In this document: positions 26,190 through 33,211 of the stretch, in pieces
Layout: each line of letters opens with the position of its first letter
Numbering within the stretch: the stretch's first letter is position 1
NCBI GenBank assembly: GCA_027593235.1
Contig: JAQCIU010000032.1
Span: 1-33,211 of the forward strand
Reading direction: 5' to 3'
Length of the DNA stretch: 33,211 nt
Source: Chloroflexota bacterium
GTDB lineage: Bacteria; Chloroflexota; Dehalococcoidia; UBA2979
Program-made: the position numbers and the translations under genes
The notes under the pieces: generated by a model
Seen by the model: the letters and a program-made list of their open reading frames with translations, nothing else
Told to the model about the DNA's origin: nothing
Databases searched by the model: none

Positions 26190-26678
26190 CTAGCCCTGAT
26201 CCACGGGGCGCTCGGTCTGAACGCCGACGGAGCGGGCGGTGATCACCAGCTCGTTGTTCTGGTCGTAGTACTCCGTGATCGACTCGCTGAACTTCAGCGT
26301 GCCGGCGCGCTTGCTCTCGCGCTCCCACTTCTCGCCCGGCTTGTTCACCGAGTGCAGGACGTCGCCCGGGCGCAGGTGCCGGTGGTACTCGTAGTGCTGC
26401 TCGGCGTGGAGGCCACCGCCACCACCGCCGCCGCTCGACTCGCGCTTCACGCCGGTCGGCTCCTTGCCGGAACCAAACCACGGCTGGCCGATCGTCGGTC
26501 GCAGCGGGTAGTCGTCCTCCCACTGCGCGCTCGCCTGCACAAACGTCGGGGGCGCAACAATGCCACCCGCCTCGGTCGTCTTCGCGTAGTCCTCGTCGTA
26601 GTAGACCTGGTTCGTGTCTCCGACCGAGCGCGCGAACAACATGATGTGTCCCGCCTCGACCGGGAATTTGTCGACCAT
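26190..26678 (-). CDS. MaoC-like dehydratase N-terminal/FAS1-like hot-dog protein (partner subunit)
   Basis: FPVEAGHIMLFARSVGDTN, APPTF, GLHAEQHYEYHRHLRPGDVL; start ATG 26678. Confidence 0.9.
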   Translation of the reverse strand: MVDKFPVEAGHIMLFARSVGDTNQVYYDEDYAKTTEAGGIVAPPTFVQASAQWEDDYPLRPTIGQPWFGSGKEPTGVKRESSGGGGGGGLHAEQHYEYHRHLRPGDVLHSVNKPGEKWERESKRAGTLKFSESITEYYDQNNELVITARSVGVQTERPVDQG

Positions 26679-26790
26679 CTGGTACTCCCCCTCAGTGCGT
26701 CTGCAAGTGCCCATGCGTTCAGTGCGTCTGTGATGGGCTGGCGGGCCGGATTCTACCCCGCACGCCAACCCGATCGCGAGAAACAAAGGT

Positions 26791-26815
26791 CACGAGAACC
26801 TGCGCAGTTCTCGTG
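26791..26815. promoter_or_regulatory. near-perfect 25-bp palindrome in the divergent MaoC/SDR intergenic region
   Basis: CACGAGAAC(C)TGCGCAGTTCTCGTG, palindromic apart from one extra C. Confidence 0.45.
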
Positions 26816-27076
26816 CATCCGGCCCAATCCCACACCTGACCCGCACGCCGGCCGCCGCCGTCGCCCTCGCGAGCGCGGCCATCCCGCCCCCGATCGAGCC
26901 GCCCCGCCGCCACACCTCGCCGGCTCGGGGGACCCACGCGGCGCTTCCCTCCGCGCTCCCCGCGCCAACCCGATAACGCTCGTCAACATCGAGTAGCATC
27001 ACGCCGCGGCAGCAGCACGACGACCTCGGCATCGCTCCAGCACGCCGCCAGCCGCGATCGAGCGAGGGGAACGCAC

Positions 27077-28006
27077 ATGGCCAGTCAGCACCTCGAGGGC
27101 AAAGTCGCCATCGTCACCGGCGGCGCCGGTGGGATGGGGAGCTGGATCTCCCGCGTCTTCGCACAGCAGGGCGCGAAGGTCGTCGTCGCCGATACCGGCG
27201 CCGATGTCGAGGGCCGTGCGGGCGTCGACCCGAGCCGCCCGAACGCAGTCGTCGAGGAGATTCGCGCCGCCGGCGGTGAAGCCACCGCCTACATCGGCGA
27301 CATCGCCGACGTTGATGTCGCCGAGCAGCTCATCCGCACCACGCTCGATACCTACGGCGGGCTCGACATCCTCGTCTGCGCGCACGGCATCCTCCGCGAG
27401 CGCATGGTCTTCAACATGAGCGAGGACGAATGGGACGGCGTCGTCCGCACTCACCTCAAGGGCTGCTGGGCGCCCACCAAGTTCGCCTCCATCTACTGGC
27501 GCACCGAACGCGAGCGCGGCGGCCGCATCATCTACTTCACCTCGCTCGCCGGCATTCGAGGTGGCGCGGGCCAGCCCAACTACTCCGCCGCCCAGGCCGG
27601 CAAGGTCGGGCTGATGCTCGCCGTCGCCAAGGAACTCGGCCGCTACAACGTCACCGCCAACTGCATCTCGCCGCAGGCCTCCACCCGCATGACCGACCGC
27701 GGTCGTGGCGTCATGTCCGGCGACGCCGAGAGCGGCATCAAGACCTCGGAACACGCCGCCGGCACCCAGGACGATCCGCGCAACGTCACCCCGGCGATCG
27801 TCTACCTCGCCTCCGACGAGGGAGCTTCGATCACCGGTCGCATCGTCGGTGCCACCGGCAACCGCATCACCATGTGGCGCGAACCGCAGTGGACGAAGTC
27901 CCTCTATTACGAGGAACCGCTCTGGGACATCGACACGCTTTTCGAGCTGATGCCCGAAACGCTCGCCGCCAACGGCTTCCCGCTCCCGCACCCCGAACTC
28001 CCGTAG
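27077..28006 (+). CDS. SDR family oxidoreductase
   Basis: VTGGAGGMG, GGLDILV, QPNYSAAQAG, NCISP. Confidence 0.93.
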   Translation: MASQHLEGKVAIVTGGAGGMGSWISRVFAQQGAKVVVADTGADVEGRAGVDPSRPNAVVEEIRAAGGEATAYIGDIADVDVAEQLIRTTLDTYGGLDILVCAHGILRERMVFNMSEDEWDGVVRTHLKGCWAPTKFASIYWRTERERGGRIIYFTSLAGIRGGAGQPNYSAAQAGKVGLMLAVAKELGRYNVTANCISPQASTRMTDRGRGVMSGDAESGIKTSEHAAGTQDDPRNVTPAIVYLASDEGASITGRIVGATGNRITMWREPQWTKSLYYEEPLWDIDTLFELMPETLAANGFPLPHPELP

Positions 28007-28014
28007 CGCGAGCA

Positions 28015-28031
28015 TCCGAGGCCCAACCACC
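28015..28031 (+). repeat. TCCGAGGCCCAAC post-stop motif
   Basis: 17 bp identical to 7722-7738. Confidence 0.65.
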
Positions 28032-28060
28032 CACCAGCGTTAGACGAAGGACCACCCCCC

Positions 28061-28984
28061 ATGACCAAGCACCTCGAGGGCAAAGTCGCGATCGTCGCCG
28101 GCGGCGCCGGCGGCATGGGCTCCTGGGTCTCCAGGACCTACGCCGAACAGGGCGCGCGCGTCGTCGTCGCAGACACCGGCGCGGACGTCGAGGGCCGTAT
28201 GGGCGTCGACCCCACCCGCGTCAACGCCGTCGTCGAGGAGATCACCAGCGCCGGCGGTCAGGCGATCCCCTTCATCGGCGACATCGCCGACATGGACACC
28301 GCTCAGGAGCTCTTCTCAAAGACGCTCGATGCCTACGGTGGCCTCGACATCCTCGTCTGCGCCCAGGGCATCCTCCGTGAGCGCATGGTCTTCAACATGA
28401 CCGAGGACGACTGGGACGGCGTCATCCGCGCCCACCTCAAGGGCTGCTTCACGCTCACCCGCTTCGCCTCGATCATCTGGCGCCAGCAACGCGAATCCAG
28501 CGGCCGCATCATCTACTTCACCTCGGACGCCGGCATCAGTGGCGGCCCCGGTCAGTCGAACTACTCCGCCGCACAGGCCGGCAAGATCGGGCTCATGCGC
28601 TCCAACGCGCGCGCCCTCTCCCGCTACGGCGTCACCTCCAACTGCATCGCCCCGCTCGCGGCCACCCGGATGACCGACCGCGGCCGCAGCGCCGACGCCA
28701 GCGAAAGCACGTCCGCCGCCGGCACCGCGCGCGATCCGCGCAACGTAGCGCCGCTACTCGTGTGGCTCGCATCTGATGAGGGCGGCGTCGCGAACGGACG
28801 CATCTTCGGCGTCAGCGGTCACCGCATCAGCCTCTACGAAGAGCCCGTCCGCGAGCGCTTCCTCTACTCGGAAGAACCACTCTGGGACATCGACAAGGTC
28901 TTCGAGCTGTGGCCGAAGACGATCGGCCTGCAGGACTACCCGCTGCCGGAGATCCAGGGCATCCAGCGCGAGCCAGCCGGCTAG
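28061..28984 (+). CDS. SDR family oxidoreductase (tandem paralogue)
   Basis: VAGGAGGMG, GGLDILV, QSNYSAAQAG; colinear with 27077-28006. Confidence 0.93.
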   Translation: MTKHLEGKVAIVAGGAGGMGSWVSRTYAEQGARVVVADTGADVEGRMGVDPTRVNAVVEEITSAGGQAIPFIGDIADMDTAQELFSKTLDAYGGLDILVCAQGILRERMVFNMTEDDWDGVIRAHLKGCFTLTRFASIIWRQQRESSGRIIYFTSDAGISGGPGQSNYSAAQAGKIGLMRSNARALSRYGVTSNCIAPLAATRMTDRGRSADASESTSAAGTARDPRNVAPLLVWLASDEGGVANGRIFGVSGHRISLYEEPVRERFLYSEEPLWDIDKVFELWPKTIGLQDYPLPEIQGIQREPAG

Positions 28985-29048
28985 ATCACCGGCTAGATCA
29001 GCTGAGGTCGGCCAAATCAGGTGAGATAGATCAGGCGGCTAGAACAGC
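28977..29048. repeat. short tandem repeat CCGGCTAGATCA x2 plus degenerate copies
   Basis: Exact copies at 28977-28988 and 28989-29000, followed by GGCCAAATCAG, ATAGATCAG and GGCTAGAACAG. Confidence 0.65.
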
Positions 29049-29146
29049 CCGCCCGTGCGAATCGCGCGCTCGAGCGCATAGAGGATCAGCAACCCGCCGC
29101 CCACGGCAAGCCACTTCCAGTAGAACCGTCCGGGATCCTCAAGCAT
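29039..29146 (-). CDS. putative 35-aa single-pass membrane protein
   Basis: MLEDPGRFYWKWLAVGGGLLILYALERAIRTGGLF*; TAGTGT -10-like box 6 nt before ATG; below the ORF-track cutoff. Confidence 0.55.
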   Translation of the reverse strand: MLEDPGRFYWKWLAVGGGLLILYALERAIRTGGLF

Positions 29147-29206
29147 GCCGTCACACTACGACCGCACGCCCCGAGGTGGTAGCGCCCCGATCGAGCTCCC
29201 CACCCG

Positions 29207-30382
29207 CTAGCGGTAAAACACCTGGTGGGTATCCGGCAGCGCCGACGGACACGCCCCCTCGCCGAACGCCGCCGCCAGTGTCACCCCCGAGGTCAGGGCC
29301 ACGTACGCCCATCCGCGCCGCTGGTAGTCCACGTAGCAGTGCTCGCCGGTCATCGCGGCGGGATCGAGGAACGACGGATCCTCCGGCGCCACCCGCAGCG
29401 AAACGCCCGGCCCGCTCACGTCCAGGTAGCCATCCGCGGCGACCGTCGCCACCAGCCCCCAGTCCGCGGCGGCGTTCGCGACCGGCTCGAACGGCGCCTG
29501 GAACCAGCCCCCCGCAAGCGCGCCCGCCACATCCGCCGGCGAACGGCACCCCGCGTCGGCCGCACTCCCCTGCCACCACCCGAACTTCGCGCGGTACGCA
29601 TTCACCAACCCGGGTGCGAGGTAGTCGCTGGGGCAAACGGCGTGCAGCAACCGCGCGAGGTCACCCGTCCCCTCGTAGCGAGCCTGATTCGCGAACACGT
29701 TGGTCACCGCCGTGTTCGAGACCGAGAAGTCCCAGACGTGCGCCGGCTCGGTACCCGTCGTCCAACCGATCAGTTGCCCCGCCTCCACCTCGACGCTGAG
29801 CCGAACCTCCGCGTCTCGCGTGTCCCGCACCGCTGCCGCCGGAGCCAGCGAGGCGAACGGCTCCTCGAGGCGCGACACATGGTCGAAACCGAACGTCACC
29901 TCGCACGACACACGAAAGCGAATGTCGTACTGCGCCAGCTCAAACGAGTCGCCCGCCCACGACACCATCTGACTGAGGTAGTACGTGACCCCCGTCGCGA
30001 CCGCGTCCGCCGGCGCGTAGATCGGAACCTCGGCTGCGTGGTTGTCCGCGTCCGTCACGACCTTGTGGTACTGGCGATTCTTCAACCAGTTCCCGCTCGT
30101 CACGATCGTCGGATTGATGAACTCGATCCCATCGAGGTCGGTGTAGTGGTGCGTGAACACCGGCGCGGCATCCGAGGTGCAACCGGCCCCGCTGCCTCCC
30201 GCCGGACTCGCGTCCGACGTAGACCCGATCGCCGCCTCGGCAATCGTCGGGACGGCAACGCCGCTCGCACCCTCACTCGCCGTACCGCTTGGCGTCGCGA
30301 ACTCCACCGACGAGCCGCCGCATCCGCTCATCGCCAGCGCGACCGCGCCGCAAACCAACGTCCAGAGCGCGCGATACCGCAT
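29207..30382 (-). CDS. hypothetical lipoprotein with M23/LytM-like fold signatures
   Basis: Signal peptide ending LAMSGC; PIYAPADA, FDHV, VEVEAGQLIGWT; start ATG 30382. Confidence 0.7.
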   Translation of the reverse strand: MRYRALWTLVCGAVALAMSGCGGSSVEFATPSGTASEGASGVAVPTIAEAAIGSTSDASPAGGSGAGCTSDAAPVFTHHYTDLDGIEFINPTIVTSGNWLKNRQYHKVVTDADNHAAEVPIYAPADAVATGVTYYLSQMVSWAGDSFELAQYDIRFRVSCEVTFGFDHVSRLEEPFASLAPAAAVRDTRDAEVRLSVEVEAGQLIGWTTGTEPAHVWDFSVSNTAVTNVFANQARYEGTGDLARLLHAVCPSDYLAPGLVNAYRAKFGWWQGSAADAGCRSPADVAGALAGGWFQAPFEPVANAAADWGLVATVAADGYLDVSGPGVSLRVAPEDPSFLDPAAMTGEHCYVDYQRRGWAYVALTSGVTLAAAFGEGACPSALPDTHQVFYR

Positions 30383-30444
30383 GCCTGATCGTCGCCTCAC
30401 GGCGACCGCGTCCAATCAGGATTGCCCCGAGGAGGCAGCAACCC

Positions 30445-30612
30445 CCGCTACTCCCGCCACCGCACAACCCCGAGGGCGTCACAACCACGTTCTCAGGCGA
30501 ACCCGGCGACCTGCGCCCGGCGCCCCCGGCGCCACGAGCGCCACGAGCGCATTCGACAGCTTCACGTTCCGCTGCAACACCGGAAGCCGACGACCACCTT
30601 CGGTCGCCGCTC
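30445..30612 (-). pseudogene. decayed duplicate of the 3' end of the nucleotidyltransferase gene
   Basis: Aligns with 30918-31073 (CCGCTACTCC, CCCCGAGGGCGTCAC, ACCACGTTCTC, GCGCCCCCGGCGCCACGAG, GCATTCGACA, CTTCACGTTCCGC) with indels. Confidence 0.8.
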
Positions 30613-30920
30613 AGAACGTGCCAGCGCTAGATCGGAACGTGCGGGTGCTCGCAGAGAATCGCGGGCGCCGGCGGGCAGGTAAACGACGCGGGGTGCATCA
30701 GCCCCACAACCGGTAATCGCGTTGCGCGGGGCTTGCTGTACCGCATTCAGCTCTCCAGTCATCCACAGCGTGAGATGCGGTCAACCTATCGGCATCCTGT
30801 CAGCTATCGCAAATGTAATGGCGATGGCAGGCCCATCCCCCGCGAAGCCGAGACCCCGTCAGCGCCTGACGTGGTGCCGGGTCAGCCGCTCGTCACGCGT
30901 GGCCAACGGTCGGCCTGCCG

Positions 30921-31856
30921 CTACTCCGGCCGCCCCACAACCCCCGAGGGCGTCACCACCACGTTCTCCCCCGCGAACCCCTCGAGCTGCGCCCCCGGCG
31001 CCACGAGGGCATTCGACAACTTCACGTTCCGCAGCCGGCACCCGCCGCCCACCACCACGTTCGGCCCCAGCTCGCAGCCCTCGACCACGGCGTCCGGCGC
31101 AATCAGCACCGAGGACTCCCGGTCCGCCAGCAGCCGCGCCTGCGTCGCCAGCAGCGCCGCCAGCGTCCCCGTGTCCAGCCACTCGCCGTCGAACAGGCGG
31201 CCACCCACCGGGTGCCCCTCCTCGATCATCGCCGTCAGCGTGCCGGACATCTCCAACTCGCCCTTCGCGTTAATCACCGGATCGTCCAGTACCCGATCCA
31301 CCGCCTTTGGCCCCAGCAGCCACCACGCCGGCGACGCCAGGTTCCCCTTCGGGTGCTCCGGCTTCTCGATGAACTCCACGATCCGCTCGCCCTCGAGCTG
31401 CGCGATCCCCATCGACTTCGGCACATCCGTCGGCGCCAGTGGCAGCCACGCGTCTACCGGCTCGCGAACCCACGACTCGAACTGTCCCCGCAGGTCGCCG
31501 CCGTACAGCAACGCATCCGCCGCGATCACCGCAACGTGCCGCCCGCGCAGCGCCTCATGCGGCACCTGCGCCAGCGCATCGCCTGGCCCGTTCGGTACCG
31601 GCTGCACCGCTACCTGGATCGTCATCCCCGCCGGCGCCGAGGCCCGCGCCGCCACTGCCGTCCGATCGTCGCCCGGCATCACCACGATCCACACGTCCGT
31701 CACGCCGGTCTCCGCCAGGCGCTCCAGCGCGTACGCGATCAGCGGGCGGTTCAGCACCGGCACCAGCGCCTTCGGCAGCTCCAGGCTCAGCGGCCGCAAC
31801 CGCGTCGCCTTCCCGCCGGTCAGAATCACCGCGATCGGTCGCTCCGCCACCCGCAT
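30921..31856 (-). CDS. sugar-phosphate nucleotidyltransferase (glucose-1-phosphate thymidylyltransferase-like)
   Basis: VILTGGKATRLRPLSLELPKALVPV, FIEKP, WLDTGT, C-terminal hexapeptide-like repeats. Confidence 0.9.
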   Translation of the reverse strand: MRVAERPIAVILTGGKATRLRPLSLELPKALVPVLNRPLIAYALERLAETGVTDVWIVVMPGDDRTAVAARASAPAGMTIQVAVQPVPNGPGDALAQVPHEALRGRHVAVIAADALLYGGDLRGQFESWVREPVDAWLPLAPTDVPKSMGIAQLEGERIVEFIEKPEHPKGNLASPAWWLLGPKAVDRVLDDPVINAKGELEMSGTLTAMIEEGHPVGGRLFDGEWLDTGTLAALLATQARLLADRESSVLIAPDAVVEGCELGPNVVVGGGCRLRNVKLSNALVAPGAQLEGFAGENVVVTPSGVVGRPE

Positions 31857-31999
31857 CTCCCATCCGTGATCGCCGCCATCGAGGTCGCCGCGATCCCTTC
31901 GATTCTCGACGACACCCCTCGATCAGCGCACCGGGACCTCACCCACCGCGCCTCACCGCCTCGACGCCTTCAATCCCCACCAAGCACAATGCGTACATC

Positions 32000-32347
32000 G
32001 TGACCAACCCGCCCAGCGCACCGACCACGACCCCATCGCGCATCGAGCTCGAAGATCCGCAGCTCGAATCGCTCTACCACCTCATCCTCCTCGACGACGA
32101 TCACCACACCTACGACTACGTCATCGAAATGCTCGGCTCCATCTTCGGCTACAGCCCCCGCAAATCCTGGACCCTCGCCCGTGTCGTCGACACCCAGGGC
32201 CGCGTCATCCTCGAAACCGCCTCCCACGAACGCTGCACCGCCCACCAGACCCAGATCCACGCCTACGGCGCCGACCCCCGCATGCCCTCCTCCGCCGGCT
32301 CCATGTCCGCCATCGTCGAGGAAGCCGGCACCCCCAGCAGCGGATAA
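32000..32347 (+). CDS. clpS: ATP-dependent Clp protease adaptor ClpS
   Basis: YHLILLDDDHHTYDYVIEMLGSIFG...VDTQGRVIL...MSAIVE; GTG 32000 in frame. Confidence 0.88.
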   Translation: MTNPPSAPTTTPSRIELEDPQLESLYHLILLDDDHHTYDYVIEMLGSIFGYSPRKSWTLARVVDTQGRVILETASHERCTAHQTQIHAYGADPRMPSSAGSMSAIVEEAGTPSSG

Positions 32348-32399
32348 CGCGACCTCCGAGGACCCCCTCCGTAAGCTGTCAGACAGGTTCGGAGGCAGG

Positions 32400-32858
32400 A
32401 TGACCGCCAACAGTCGCACGGGGCCGCTCATCGCCGGCGTCGCCTCGGCGCTGGTCATGCTGTTCGGTTCCTCGCTGCCGTGGCTCACCGTCGGTCCGGC
32501 GTCGGCCTCCCTGAGCACGGGCAACAGCGACGCCACCGTCCTCTGCGCCCTCGCCATCGGGGTGACGTTCGCCTGGTGGGGCCTCACGAGGAATGGCACC
32601 GGCCCACTGATCGCCACGCTGCCGATCGCCGCGCTCGCGCTGCTAGTCATCGTGGTGGACGGCTCAAGCAGCTCGGTGCTGCTGCCGGACGGCAACCCGG
32701 CGGTATCCCAATCCGCCGCAGCAGGCCCCGGCATCTACATCACCGGCATCGGTGCCGCCGCATCGATCGTCGCGGCAGCCTACGGTTTAACCGTCGACTT
32801 CAGAGCGTGGTGGCGCCGCAGCAAAGAGGAGCACCGGCAGGCGCACGGTAGCCGCTAG
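32400..32858 (+). CDS. hypothetical membrane protein (about 4 TM segments)
   Basis: GGAGG RBS before ATG 32400; LFGSSLPW...GPGIYI hydrophobic pattern. Confidence 0.7.
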   Translation: MTANSRTGPLIAGVASALVMLFGSSLPWLTVGPASASLSTGNSDATVLCALAIGVTFAWWGLTRNGTGPLIATLPIAALALLVIVVDGSSSSVLLPDGNPAVSQSAAAGPGIYITGIGAAASIVAAAYGLTVDFRAWWRRSKEEHRQAHGSR

Positions 32859-33102
32859 ACCGTCGGCCTCCGTGAGTAGCTGGACGACAACGGGATTCGG
32901 CCTCTGGCCACGAACACGCGGCGGGACCGATCTCCGGTGCCACGGTCCCCGGAATCGTCGCGCTCTTCCGATCGATGAAGCCATGGGCGACACTCGGCCC
33001 CCTGTCGATGTGAACATCGGCCGACCGACGATTCACCACCATCGCCGGCGGCCGGCCAAACCCCTGCACCTAACTCCCAGCGCGAGGTTCCCCACGCGCC
33101 AT

Positions 33103-33196
33103 CCCCGAGGCGAAGCGCCAGCCGTCGCCATTCCGGCAGTGGGGGCCAAGGGGGCTACGCCCCCCGAGGTCCCGGATGGGTGGGCGGGGTCCCCCT
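33103..33196. repeat. possible REP-like GC-rich hairpin element
   Basis: GGGGGC-TAC-GCCCCC hairpin, two CCCCGAGG copies and a G-rich tail running against the local skew; single copy in the window. Confidence 0.3.
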
Positions 33197-33211
33197 CAAC
33201 ACAACGTCGCG

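Noticed and set aside
1343-32003. Many long alternative ORFs (e.g. 4968-6662 +, 19647-21872 +, 22860-24983 +, 16398-17699 -, 26999-28030 -)
   Set aside because: Antisense or off-frame shadows of well-supported genes; Arg/Pro/Ala-rich, no motifs, expected at this GC content
220-32347. Functional link between the Clp_N-HTH gene and clpS
   Set aside because: They are 31 kb apart with unrelated genes between; co-occurrence in the window is not evidence
32787-33069. Short minus-strand ORFs at the right end
   Set aside because: No recognisable motifs, overlap with the convergent membrane protein gene and no clear RBS

Overview
High-GC bacterial chromosomal window with about 31 protein-coding genes and no recognisable rRNA, tRNA, CRISPR array, integrase or transposase. 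The gene content (luciferase-like monooxygenase, two double-domain class III CoA-transferases, acyl-CoA dehydrogenase, MaoC pair, tandem SDRs, several MFS transporters) and the TAG-dominated stop usage suggest Chloroflexota/Dehalococcoidia; this is an inference. The window also holds a siderophore-type iron ABC operon with a DtxR/IdeR-like box and a broken second permease, ClpS, and a Clp-repeat/excisionase-HTH fusion. The most unusual signals are non-coding. (1) Five same-orientation copies of a twin hairpin element (stem-GAA-stem, TCATCAA spacer, stem-GAA-stem) have co-varying stems, and four overlap or abut the stop codons of unrelated genes, three of them consecutive, resembling a cassette array. 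(2) A compositionally atypical NUDIX gene is bracketed by a duplicated intergenic/RBS/start segment. (3) A decayed copy of the 3' end of the nucleotidyltransferase gene brackets about 300 bp of atypical DNA. (4) A TCCGAGGCCCAAC motif recurs just after + strand stop codons. All alignments and counts were done by eye.
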